Assembly: GCF_009914755.1 (NCBI RefSeq)
Contig: NC_060943.1
Source of the DNA: the human T2T-CHM13v2.0 reference genome, Homo sapiens
Reading direction: 5' to 3' (one strand)
Length of the DNA: 64,000 nucleotides
Part shown: positions 1 to 13,417 of the stretch, one piece after another
Numbering within the stretch: position 1 is the first letter of the stretch
How the letters are laid out: each line of letters starts with the position of its first letter
Translations under genes and position numbers: made by a program
Notes under the pieces: model-generated
Databases searched by the model: none
Told to the model about the DNA's origin: nothing
The model's input: the letters and a program-made list of their open reading frames with translations, nothing else

Positions 1-129
1 GAAGCACTTGCCCACATGGTGAGAGACAGTGAATTCCATGATGAGGGGCAGAGATGATGTTGTTTTGGGATACAATGTTGTTGGGGGAGTTGTATACATC
101 TCTACTTCTTTATGTCTCTGTACAGTGGG

Positions 130-1141
130 TGTAGGGACCAGCCACACAGGGTCGGTGGGTTTTTCTCTCCATATGCAGAGATGAGAGATTGTAGAAATAA
201 AGACACAAGACGAAGGGATAAAAGAAAAGACAGCTGGGCCCGGGGGACTACTACCACCAAGACGCAGAGACCAGTAGTGGCACCGAATGCCAGGCTGCAC
301 TGATTTTTATTGGATACAAGATAAAGTGTCAGGATAAGGAGTGTGAGCCATCTCCAATGATAGGTAAGGCCACAGGGGTCACATGTCCACTGGACAGGGG
401 GCCCTTCCCTGCCTGTCAGCTGAGGCAGAGAGAGAGAGGAGAAAGAGAGAGAGAGCTTACAGCATTATTTCTGCTTATTAGAGACTTTTAGTACTTTCAC
501 TAATTTGCTACTGCTAACTAAACAGCAGAGCCAGGTGAACAGTATGGAACATGAAGGCAGACTAGGAGTGTGACCACTGAAGCACAGCATCATAGGGAGA
601 CGGTCAGGCCTCCAGATAACTGCGGGTGGACCTGACTAATGTCAGGCCCTCCACAAGAGGTGGAGGAGTAGAGTCCTCTCTAAACTCCCACGGGGAAAGG
701 GAGACTCTAAGTAGCTTTCCCAGTCTGCTAAGTAGCTGGTGTTTTTCCTTGACACTGAGGCTACTGCTAGACCAGGGCCCGCTTGGCAATGGGCATCTTC
801 CCAGACGCTGTCGTTACCGCTAGACCAAGAAGCCCTCTAGTTGCCCTGTCTGGGCATAACAGAAGGCTCGCCCTCTTGTCTTCTGGTCACTTCTCACTAT
901 GTCTCCTCAGCTCCTATCTCTGTATGGCCTGGCTTTTCCTAGGTTATGATTATAGAAATGAGGATTATTTTAATACTGGAATAAAGAGTAATTGCTACCA
1001 AGTAGTGATTAATAATATTCATATATAATCGTATCTAAGATCTATATCTGGTATAACTATTCTTCTTTTATATCTTATTATACTGGAACAGCTCATGCCC
1101 TCGGTCTCTTGCCTCGGCACCTGGGTGACTTGCTGCCCACA
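130..1141 (-). mobile_element. LTR13-family (HERV-K/HML-4) solo LTR
   Basis: TG...CA termini, 6-bp TSD AGTGGG (124-129 and 1142-1147); matches remembered LTR13 consensus (TGTGGGCGGCAAGCCACCCAGG...). Confidence 0.85.
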
Positions 1142-1667
1142 AGTGGGCATCTCCATTGGACACAGTAGGTTTTGAAATCCTTGTTTATCCTCTGGGGTCT
1201 GGGTCTTGGCTTACCTGTTAGCTGCAGCTGAAAGAGGTGTCTGCTAAGGCAATGCCACCTGTGGTGAGAAGAAGGGTTCAGCAGAGTGAAAGCAGCTGGG
1301 GCTCAGAGAAACCAGGAAAGTCTGACTCTTAGAAACTGTGGGTCAGCAGATGGGTGTCCTCAGGGGTAAATGGACCATGCCAGTAGCCACTGCAGTGGAC
1401 TGGAAGAAGGTAAGGGATGCCAGTTATCGCATGTTCTCTCTCAGCTCTGCAGCTGAAGATTTGGGCCCTGGGTTGGTAAGGCCCTGCAGCAGGGGAAGGG
1501 TATACAGGAATAGCTGCATATCAGGACCAAGTCCATGTCATCTTCTTAGGCATTGTTACTGCAGATGGAGGATTCTTTTCAGAGACCTGGCCTGGACACA
1601 TGGGAGGGCCCACCCCATTCTTTTGAAATTATTTTAAGAGAACAGTATTAGCAAATGTGGTACATGT

Positions 1668-1673
1668 TTTATT
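1668..1673 (-). terminator. PSG8 polyadenylation signal AATAAA
   Basis: AATAAA on the minus strand about 650 nt after the DWTLP stop; the paralogous site near 26980 reads AATAAG. Confidence 0.75.
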
Positions 1674-2238
1674 CTGCTAGAATCAGTATTACTGTCACAT
1701 TTTACAATGTATCTCTTAGGAAATGGCGAGAGCCATCCACAGAATGTGCATTTAAAGGGGACTCTATTATAATTTCAGCTTTCCTACCTCTTCATAGAAA
1801 CCATCTTATCTGCAAACACACGGGCAATATCTCTGTGTTCATTTCTATTGGGAGTCCTGTATGCAAGGTGGAGAGAGCCACATTTCCCCCTGAGATGTTA
1901 TGTAAAAGTTTGGGTTGAGATGACATATCTGACACTCTATTGTTACCCTCAGAAGCTACTACATGTGAAATTCTAATGACTGCATTATCCTGCCAAGTGA
2001 AAGAGGCAGGCATGAGCAAGGACAGTTAAGAGGGGTGAGAGCCTCATCATGATGGGGAGTCTTGTTCTGACATCTTGGGAAAAACTGTCCACAGTGTGAA
2101 GTCATCCACTTGTTGTCCTGGTTTACAGTTTGAGCATCTGTTGTTATGGTGTCGAACATTTTAGTGAGTTCTGAGTGGCTCACGCTTCAGGTACAAGGGT
2201 TTTCCCATGAAATTTACATTGAGTTGTCCACCTCCAGC

Positions 2239-2249
2239 TTATAGGGCTT
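2239..2249 (-). CDS. PSG8: PSG8 alternative C-terminal exon EAL*
   Basis: TTCCAG|AAGCCCTATAA; PSG EAL-type tail. Confidence 0.6.
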
Positions 2250-2318
2250 CTGGAACAGAGTGGGTCTTTTTCTTAGCGATTCCATGGAAGAAAATGGAAT
2301 TGGAGGAACTAGTAGAAT

Positions 2319-2335
2319 TCAGGGTAATGTCCAGT
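2319..2335 (-). CDS. PSG8: PSG8 alternative C-terminal exon DWTLP*
   Basis: TGTAG|ACTGGACATTACCCTGA; PSG DWT(V/L)P-type tail. Confidence 0.85.
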
Positions 2336-2898
2336 CTACAGGTGGATAATAAAAACACAGAAACAATGAACAGAGATGCAATCTCATAACAGGTGTACTA
2401 CAGTTTTTATTTTCCACATAATTTTTCTCTCTATGGGCATCTCTAGTTTTACCAATGATAATTTCAGTAGAATAAGTTTGTTTGCAAAATAGGTTGAGTT
2501 TCTTCAAACGTGGTCTGATTGTTTACATAAGTGCAGCAAGAGTAGCAATGGACCGTGTAGGCTCTCTTTTAAAATTTTCTTTTCTCTAAGTTTTTATAAG
2601 GAATCTGAGATTAAACTTTTACAAAACTCTTGAGAATAGGAAGCCAAACCAAGGCTGACTTCAGACTTTGCCTGCAGTTCATACTGGTTCATTCTATCTA
2701 TATCCTTAAATATAACATCCCAGTCAAAGCCTTGGTAATATAACCAATGATTTGAAATGTGTCCTGTTACAAAGAGAGCAGATTGTTGCTGTACTTGTGC
2801 AAATATGTGTATTACCATAAACATATCAATTCTCATGAATAGTTGCCCAATTCTGGGGCAGTCAGGTAGAAAGCAAAAGTAAATATTTCAATTACAGT

Positions 2899-2936
2899 TC
2901 AATAAACTGCGGTATAGTTTATTGAACTGCTATAAG
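2899..2936 (-). CDS. PSG8: PSG8 alternative C-terminal exon AYSSSINYTAVY*
   Basis: TGTAG|CTTATAGC acceptor in phase with B2; homologous to the PSG AYSSSINYT-type tail. Confidence 0.65.
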
Positions 2937-3253
2937 CTACAGATAGGTTAAAAGAGAAAAATTCCGTCAATGTAGAAAACAAACCATTTAAAGAATCAGC
3001 AAATTTTCAAATGAAAATCATAAAAACATTATCCTCATTATTATCAATTATTTCATTGAAATCAATGTTTTTCCTGCTTGGTCTAGGCTGGGAATTTTAT
3101 GAAGATATCAGCCTGTTTGTTAAAGTTTTCAAAGTTCTTAGACAAATTTGGAGGGTTTAGGAGGAGAATTTGGGATTTGCTTGTGCCCATGGGACGCAGG
3201 CTGGGAATAAAAATGTTTTCCTGACTCTTCCCTGAAGGCCAGATAGACTCCAC

Positions 3254-3670
<417 letters not shown>

Positions 3671-3854
3671 CTATGTTCACTGAGCCGAATCCTGAGGTAT
3701 TCACCTGTTTCTCCCATCACAAGCTGTGGGCCCCAAGTCTCCCATGACAAGAGCGTCCACTCCCCTTATACTCTTGGTTAAGGCTGTGCCTACCCAGGTT
3801 TTCCCAGGGCAGGGAGTCATGGCCAGCTCGGATGTCCAGAAGTGAAGGTGTCTA

Positions 3855-4292
<438 letters not shown>

Positions 4293-5371
4293 TCAGAGTT
4301 GGCATCTCCCACTTCTCAGCCCACCCGAGTCCTTGAAAGCCAATAGCTGGTGCGTGTGTCACAAGACAGATGCATGATGATCTAAGGGCTCAAAGACTAT
4401 GAGGCCAGCTGCTCTGTCTTAGGGAAGCACAGACTTTCTCAAGTGTCAATTGAGCAGCAGTGTTGGGTCATGGACAGACACGTCAGTGGAAGTCACAGCC
4501 CCTGGTATCCCTCCCAGTCCCTCCCTAATCAGTTGACTGGCTGGCTCACCCTGGGTTCCTTACCTGGAATGTGCAACTGGTGGGCCCCTTCCAAATTCCA
4601 TCCTACATTGTCCCCCTAGATGTGATTTCTCTGCAGCTTCCATTTCCAAGGACATTCTAGAGATGAGTAATGATGGGACTACCCATGGTCCTGAAACCCT
4701 GAAGATACTGAGCAGCCTGGCCTGGGACTGGATGTTTCAGCAGAAATAACACAGGGGAGACCAGAATCAAGCCTGGAGGTCAGTTCAGTCATCAGGCAGT
4801 GGAGGCTCAAGGTGGGGCAGTTTTTTGCAGGTGTTTCATGATGACTTACTTGAACCAGTGACCTCTAAAGATAGAGCAGAGTGCAAGGAATGATCTAGAA
4901 AGAGTGAAGGCGACAGGCAAGAGCTGGTGGCTTTGGAGCAGAACTATGTTGCCTGTCCTGCGTTCAAGTTTCCTCTCCTTCTGCAGAGGGCAGGTGAGGA
5001 CCATGTGGATCTTTCCAGAAATATATGTGGACATTTGCAAATGCAGCACTGACTGGTAGAAAGGGTGGGAAGGATCTGCTGGAAATCTGGTCCTCATGGA
5101 CCATGTGTGTTTGATGGATATGAGACAAATTTGAAGAGAAGTTTTGGGAATATTTTCTTTCACTGGACATTCTACTCTCTGATTCCCTGGATTCGACTAC
5201 TCTAGGGACCTCATGTAAGTGGATTCCAGAGTGAATATGAGAAGAGACTGCTGGTTGCCAGGAGCTGGGAGTGGGGAGAATCAGAAGTTGTTCATGGGTG
5301 TGCAGTTTCATTTATGCAAGGTGGGGAGGTTCTAGAGATCTGCTGTAGAGCTTGATGCCTATAGTTCACAC

Positions 5372-5532
5372 AAATTGAGTATTTCTTATGCATAAGACTT
5401 AGGACAAAAAGTGTTTTGGATTTCTGACATTTTTTGATTCTGAAATATTTGTCATATACTTACTGGTTTAGCATCCCAAATCTGAAAGATTCAAAATCTA
5501 AAATGCTCCAGTGAGCATTTCTTTTCAGCATC
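5372..5532 (+). mobile_element. Tigger4/MER46-like DNA transposon fragment
   Basis: GTGTTTTGGATTTC...AGCATCCCAAATCTGAAA motif; copy of 8382-8615. Confidence 0.65.
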
Positions 5533-6300
5533 AGATTAGTAGGCAAAAGTGGGAGGTGATAAGCCAAAGATATTCTTGCCCTTTTTTTTTCTCTCACCAC
5601 TTTTCTAGCTTGGTGATTAGTTTTCGGTGAATTCCATACTGGCCATGCCTCACTCGTATATTTTTGAAGGCTTTGGGATGTGAAGCCTTTGAAGGCTGAT
5701 TGCTATTTTCTATGTCATCAGAACTTTCCACCTTTTCATGGTTGCCTCTTTTTCTCAGTGTATCTGTTGTGGCAGTCATTAATAAGAGCCTGTCAGGTGA
5801 GATTTAGGACAGTGTTTTCTAATTCTGCAAAAAATGTTACTGGGATTCTGTTAGGTGTTACATTGAATCCGCAACTCACTTTGGGAATATTATCTTTCTA
5901 ACAATATTGATTCCTCCAATCCATGAAAATGAAATGTGTTTCCATATATTGATATCGTCTTTAACTTGTTTCAGCAATCTTTTGTAGTTTTCAGGGTATA
6001 ATCATTTGACTTTTTGGTTAAACTTATTCCAAAATATTTTATTCCTTTTGATGTTAATGTGAACTGAAATTCTTTCCTTAATTTCCTTTCGGATTGTTCA
6101 TTGTTAGTGTATAGTCTAAAGAATGATCTAGAAAGAGTGAAGGGGACAGGCAAAAGCTGGTGGTTTTGGAGCAGAAACATATTCCCTGTCCTGGGTTTTT
6201 GATTTTCCCTCTCCCTTTGCAGAGGGCAGGTGGCTCTTCCCTGATAACTAGATAGACTTCACTGGAAAACATAGTGCCAATGCTCCAGGGATCCACTTAC

Positions 6301-6555
6301 CAGGGACTATGATCCTCTTGATTATGAGATTTGTTCCAGCAGTGGCTGAGTTATGGATGAAACAGACATAGACCCCTCTATATGTTTTAGTGATTTGGGG
6401 GATAAAGAACACTTGTGCTGATTGCTGGAACTTCCCATCAATCAGCCAAGAATGCTCTGCCAGTGGGTGAGAGTCTGTGAGGCAGGAGAGCTTGGGGACT
6501 TCCCCTGTATGGTAATAGGTGTATGAGGAGGAAATGGTGGGGGCATCCAGGCCAT
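6301..6555 (-). pseudogene. PSG8: PSG8 B1 pseudo-exon (skipped; acceptor AG>AC)
   Basis: 255-nt B-domain frame GLDAPTISSS...LSC...YVC...RIIVP; acceptor reads TCCAC|ATGG versus TCCAG|ATGG at B2; donor GTAAGT intact. Confidence 0.88.
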
Positions 6556-6784
6556 GTGGAGCAAAGAGAATAATGTCACAGGCGATATTTTCAGAGGGAA
6601 GGGAAAATCTCGTCTGTGGAAGCACCACAATCACAGTGACCCTGTGAGCCAAGTCACAACATTGAAGTCCCAGCCAAATCCCAGCTGTGTTCACTGATCT
6701 GGAGCCTGAGACATTCACCTGTTTCTCCCATCACAAGCTGTGGACGCTGAGTCTCCCATGACAGGAGCAGCCTCTTTTCTCCTA

Positions 6785-7306
<522 letters not shown>

Positions 7307-8381
7307 TCAGAGTTGGCATTTCCCACCTCTCAGCCCACCCAAGTCCTTAAAAGCCCATGGCAGGTGTGTGTGTTGCAAGACAGATGCAGGGCAATCTGAG
7401 GGCTCAGAGGTTGTGAGGCTGCCTGCTTCATGTAGAAACACAGACTTTCTCAAGTGTGAATTGAGCAGCAGCATTGGGTCATGGAAAGACACAGGACCAG
7501 CAGTCACAGCCCCTGTTGCCTCTCTGAGTCCCTCCGTCTCCAACTGCCTGCCTGGCCCACCTTGTGGTCCTCACTTGGAGCATGCAGTGCTGGAATCTTC
7601 TTAGTTTCAGTCTTACTTTGCCGCCCAAGGTATGTTTTCTCTGCAGCTTCCCTTGCCAAGGACATCCTAGAGATGGGTGATGGAACTTCCAATTGTCTTT
7701 AAACCCTTTGGGTACTGGAAAGCCTGGCCTGGGACTGGGTACTTCAGCAGAAATAACACAGGGGAGAACAGAGTCAAGTCCGGAGGTCAGTTCAGTCATC
7801 AGGCAGTGGAGCCACAAGGTGGCGCAGTTTTCCCAGGTGTCTCATAGTGGCTGACTTGAGCCAGTGACCTCTAAAGATAGAGCAGAGTCCAAGGAATGAC
7901 CTACAGAGAGTGAAGGGGACAGGCAAGAACTGATAGCTTTGGACCAAGACCACGTTCCCTGTTCTGGATCCATGATGCTCCCTTCCCCCTGTAGAGGGCA
8001 GGTGAGGACCATGTGGATCTTTTTGGAAATACATGTGGATGTTTGCAAATGCAGAACCGACTGGTGGAAAGGGCGAACATGAACAGATGATGGAAGTCTG
8101 GCCCTCATGGACCATATGTGTTTGGTGGATATTAGACCAATATTTGGGAAGAAGCCTTGCAGATACTTTCTCTCATTAGACATTCTACTCTCTGATTCTG
8201 AATTTGACTACTCTATGTACCTGATATCAGTGGATTCCAGAGTGAATCAGAGAGTAGAATAGGAGTTTCTACGAGCTGGGATCAGGGCAATAGGGCGTTG
8301 TTCCATGGTTGTGCAGTTTCAGTTATGCAGGATGAGGAGGTTCTAGAGATCTCCTGTACAGCCTCATGTCTATAGTTCATA

Positions 8382-8615
8382 CAGATAAAGTGCTCCTTAT
8401 GCAGAAGGCTTAAAACAAAGTGTTTTGGATTTCTAATTTTTTTTTGTTTTGGAATATTTGCAGTACATGTACTGGTTTAGCATCCCAAATCTGAAAAATT
8501 TAAAATGCACAATGCGCCAGTGAGCACTTCTTTTTAGCATCACATCAGTGGTCAGAAGTGTTGAGTTTTGGAGCATTTCAGATTGTGGATTTCTGGATTT
8601 GGGATGCTCAATTTG
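8382..8615 (+). mobile_element. Tigger4/MER46-like MITE
   Basis: TA-flanked, internal inverted repeats, matches remembered consensus. Confidence 0.7.
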
Positions 8616-9514
8616 TAATACTGTAATTTTCCCATAAAAAGTTGTCAGGAGTTTAGACCTCATGTTATGTTCTGACTCTAGTAACAAAAAATATTTGGAG
8701 GAAACATTAAAATGTTTTCATGAGTGGAAATTTTTACTGATGGTCCAAACATCTAAGATCAATTGCTGGTAGTAGTATTTCTCTTGAGACCAACATAAGG
8801 TTTAGGTGTGCCATGAATTCCAGCAGGATCACATTATGCTCAAAGAAAGATGCCAATGGTGATTTGAAATTAGCAACTCCTTAAGTAGAGAGAGTCCCGT
8901 TAAAAGGACCGAACTGGGTAGTGTGTCAATTACATAAAGGGAGGAATGATGCCAAATTAAAAGAAGTGATGTGTGTTATGTTAGTAAATATAGAAAGAAC
9001 TCCCTGCTTCTAAATTCTGTGCAGAGTTAGGAAAAATGGGGAGGACCCCAAAACAGGTATGTGAAATGCTTTCTTCATTTTCTCTTAAGCTCAGGAAACA
9101 CCACTAGAGTTTAAGTTTGTGTGAATTAGGAAGAGTCTAAGTGAGATGGCAATGGCTCATGTGTCTCCCCACACGCAGAACTCCAACTTATGAAAATGGC
9201 ATCAACATGAGGAAACAGTTGTATGTGGCAAAGGCTGTAAAACCATCAGTTAGCACCCACCTGGCCACCTCCAACTGGTCCCCAAAACCACCAGTATTCC
9301 CATTACATGTATGTTACAGCCTTTGTAGTTGTCCCACAGCTACAAAATTTAAAAATTGCTATTGTCAAAACAAAATATTAAATATGAAGTTGAAATGTTG
9401 TTCCACTTTTTTACCCCACTCTTTTTGAACTTTCCTGTTTCAGTTTTGGAAGTTTCTATTGACGTATCCTCAAGCTAGGGATTCTTTCCTCAGCTGTGTG
9501 CAGTCTACCAGTAA

Positions 9515-9835
<321 letters not shown>

Positions 9836-10074
9836 ATCTCTGAGGGAGTTTAACGAGTTGTTGACTTTTGAGTTTGTTCAGCTTTTTACTTAGTGTTAGA
9901 ACCGAATGACAAATTTCAAGCTTGTTATATGCCTGACAGGAAGCCAGAAGTCTCTAGGAAGTGACCAGAGAATGTGAGCTCCATAGCAGGTTGAGGATGG
10001 AGTCATGGGCGAAATGAGCCCATGGGCTTTGGGGACTGCAGGCCTGTCCAGCCTCTGACACCCTGGTGAGTCCG

Positions 10075-10837
10075 TGCAAAGATTACAACAGTGACAGGAA
10101 ACTAGCATGCCTGACTCCATCTGGCATCTAGTCTCAGGCTGGCTGTCCTCACTCATTGCTGGGCATAGGCCAGGCTAACCTTGGGAGGAATTTAGTTTAT
10201 GGTTTAAATTTGAAGCAAGAATGATAATAGTTCCTCCATAAAACTAACACCCTTACTTTGCCCAGGGACTGCCTTTGTAAAACTAGTGAAAGACCATGAG
10301 ATTAAGGTTATAGGAGGGAACTGAATTCTGCTAAAATGTTGGCACAGTTTCTATAATCCCTGACTGCTCCGATGTCATTTGGCAAGAGTTTACAAAAGTT
10401 GTAACTAATTGCTCCTATAGATAACATCACTATTGTAGAACGTGAGATTGGTCTTTTGAGATGTTTCTCATTCTTTTGCATTCTGGCAACCGGCTGACCT
10501 CATCCATACCTATGACTAATGGCTCAGCCAGTCATGTGGTCCCTACCTAGAGTCAGATTTAAGGGCAAACAGATCATTTCCCTCCGCCCACATGATTCCA
10601 TCACCAAACAATCAGCAGTACTTATTTTTTAGTCCTGTGCTCCTGAAACTACCCTTGAATATCTCTAACCCCTGATCCACTGGGGAGGCTGATTTGAGTA
10701 ATAATAAACCTCTGTCCTCCTGTTTGGCAGACTTGGAGTCGTTAAAATCTTTCTTGACTAGAAACCAACATTTCAATAATTTTTTTTTTTTTTTTTTTTT
10801 TGTGCAGGAGGCCAGAAGAACTTGCCTGGCAATTATG
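10075..10837 (+). mobile_element. LTR8/LTR8B solo LTR in PSG8 intron 2 (5' end trimmed), candidate trophoblast enhancer
   Basis: GACTCCATCT...GGGAGGAATTTAGTTTAT...GATTTGAGTAATAATAAA match LTR8 family; paralog at 37426-38172. Confidence 0.78.
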
Positions 10838-12859
10838 AGTGGATGGAGGAACTGCCTATCCCTGTCCCATTGTCTTGTCCACAGGTCAGCCTCACAAAGG
10901 GAAAGAGCCCTGGATGGGAATACAGTGGAAGCTCATTCTCTTAGTGACCTGGGGACATTGGCTCGAGATGAAGCCTGGCAGGAGTGGCAACTCCAGGTGA
11001 TTTCTGCACCTTTCCTATTTCCTGGGAGGTGGGCCAGGCCACAGTGTTAGTGGGAAGGGAACAGAACAGCCAGCCTAGTCAGAGGGAGTGTCTGGGGAAG
11101 GCCTAGGGGTGGGGGAAGAAGCTGTGCAGGACAGGGCTTGCCAGTCAGAATGAAGTGGGAGGAAGATGAGGGACACAGAGAAGCAGAGAGAGGCAGAGAC
11201 ACCATGGCAGTGAGCAGTGAGGGAGACACTGACTTCAAAAACCCCAGGGACCAGGTGCCCCCAGCTCCACAGTCCAGGACCAAAGAGCCCTGAGAACCCT
11301 CCAGTGGCCAAAGAGCTTCAGAATTACATGAGCTGGGGTGGCTTTAGGGGCAAGAGGTAGTGGGGGGATGAAACATGGGTGTCAGCCTCTGAAGGACAAG
11401 GGACAGGTGTGGCTAGAAACTCCTAGGATTCTGCATGCAAATTGAGTCTCTAAAGAGGTTTTGGATCATTCATTTCATTCCATTCCTTCATTTGTTATGT
11501 GAGAGCTCCTGAGTGTGTGTCTGTCTCGCTGGGCCTGTGCTGGTGTAGGGTGTGAGTGGGGAAAGAAAAGGTCCTCTCCTTGATCCTCTCATGACAGTGA
11601 CATGGACACTTTGGGAAACACAGGATTTCAGGTTCAGTGATGGGGGCTAAGATCTGAGGGGGAGGCCTGGACATGTTTTTTCCACTGACTCTGATGGTTG
11701 AGGCAGGTGATTTAGTTCTGGAGTACAGACTAATCAGTTGACCATTTTCTCTCACTCCTCTGAGGTTTGGATGCCTAAGAAGAGAGGTTTTGAGCCAATA
11801 AATGACTATGGGGTGCTTGGAAGCCAGTGAGCCCTCACTTCTGGTGGAGGAGAGGATGAGCCTGTGGCTGCGGACACACCTCATGTGACCCTGATCTCCC
11901 CTTTGTGATTGTGTGACTCTGGCTCAGGGACTGTGTCTTCCTGTACCTCAGTTTTCTGTCAATCAGATAAGCTAAATGGCAAATGGACAGTGGCTTTTCA
12001 TGCTATCTGTGAATAAATGTTAAATGATTCACAGTCACCTGACCTAATGCTTGGCACAGTGGAGGTTTCACACAAATAGCATTTATTATTAATTTGCTTC
12101 CATGAGAAAGCCCCTTTGCGTCAGATCCCTGTGGGCAAGCTGCTACCAGGTACATCTTCTCTCTTGTGTTTCTGCTTCTGGGGACATTAGACTTTCTATG
12201 GACTGGCCTAAGCCTCCTAAGGCAGTTGTCTGATGGCCTACAAAGCTTGTCTTTCTGTCCTCTCCACTCTGAGTGTCAGGTGAAGAAAACTCTGTCCTTG
12301 CCCAGATGAGGCTCTGAGGGCTGAGCCCTGGCTGGTGAACAGCTCCAGGAGACACAGTCCTCTGACAGCTGGTAAATCCTCGGTCCCAGTAAGCCCTGCC
12401 CAAGAAGCCACAACCCAGCCCCAGCACAGGCTCCTCAGATTTATCTGGAGCAAGGATTTAGGGACACTGTTCTGGGGGTGAGGCTTCTAGGGCTGAGCTT
12501 CTCTGAGAGTATCTCAGGGGCTCCTCAGGCCAAGCCCTACTCAGTTCTCCAGGGTCTTTCTCAGGGTCAAATTTATGAAGAGGGCATGAGGTGCTTGTCT
12601 GAGACTGATCTCCTCCTGCTGAGTCCCCCCATCAGACTGTCCTTCCTCTGCAGCGAGTGTCTGCAGGGTCTGGATGCGGGAAAGGAATTCTGATCTGTTG
12701 AAATTTGTCTCCTCTGTGTGTGTCCTGCACTAAATGCCCAAACCCCAGCATGGGACATAATGCAGAGAGGGACACAGGCAATGTCCAGGCCTGACAATCC
12801 TGTGTGTGTGAAGTAGAAGTGACCCCTGTCCCCCAACACCCAGGGATCATGTGGAATCA

Positions 12860-13249
<390 letters not shown>

Positions 13250-13334
13250 TCAGTCAATATTGAGAGCTATGTATTGGTGTGAAAACATGGGGCCCTGGGT
13301 CCTGAGAAGTTCTCTTCAGTCCTCAGCCTTGAAG

Positions 13335-13417
13335 ACACAGACACACACACATACAAACACACGCACACACACACACAAAAGCGGCATGTGTGTCTGTGTG
13401 TGTGTATGTGTGTGTGT
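13335..13417. repeat. CA-rich tract facing a TG-rich tract (imperfect inverted repeat)
   Basis: ACAC... about 13335-13376, 10-nt spacer, TGTG... about 13387-13417. Confidence 0.85.

Larger units (their letters stand above)
1895..3144 (-). mobile_element. ERV1 internal remnant (MER65-int-like) hosting the PSG8 C-terminal exons and most of the 3'UTR
   Basis: Collinear with about 48660-49895, which continues into an env-like remnant and an LTR; family name from memory. Confidence 0.7.

Noticed and set aside
112-1028. Short ORFs in the first kb and their twins at 25284-26134
   Set aside because: They lie inside LTR13; their similarity reflects the duplication, not coding constraint
1338-1637. 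99-aa plus-strand ORF repeated at 26648-26947
   Set aside because: No recognisable protein; persistence is expected at high identity between duplicated blocks
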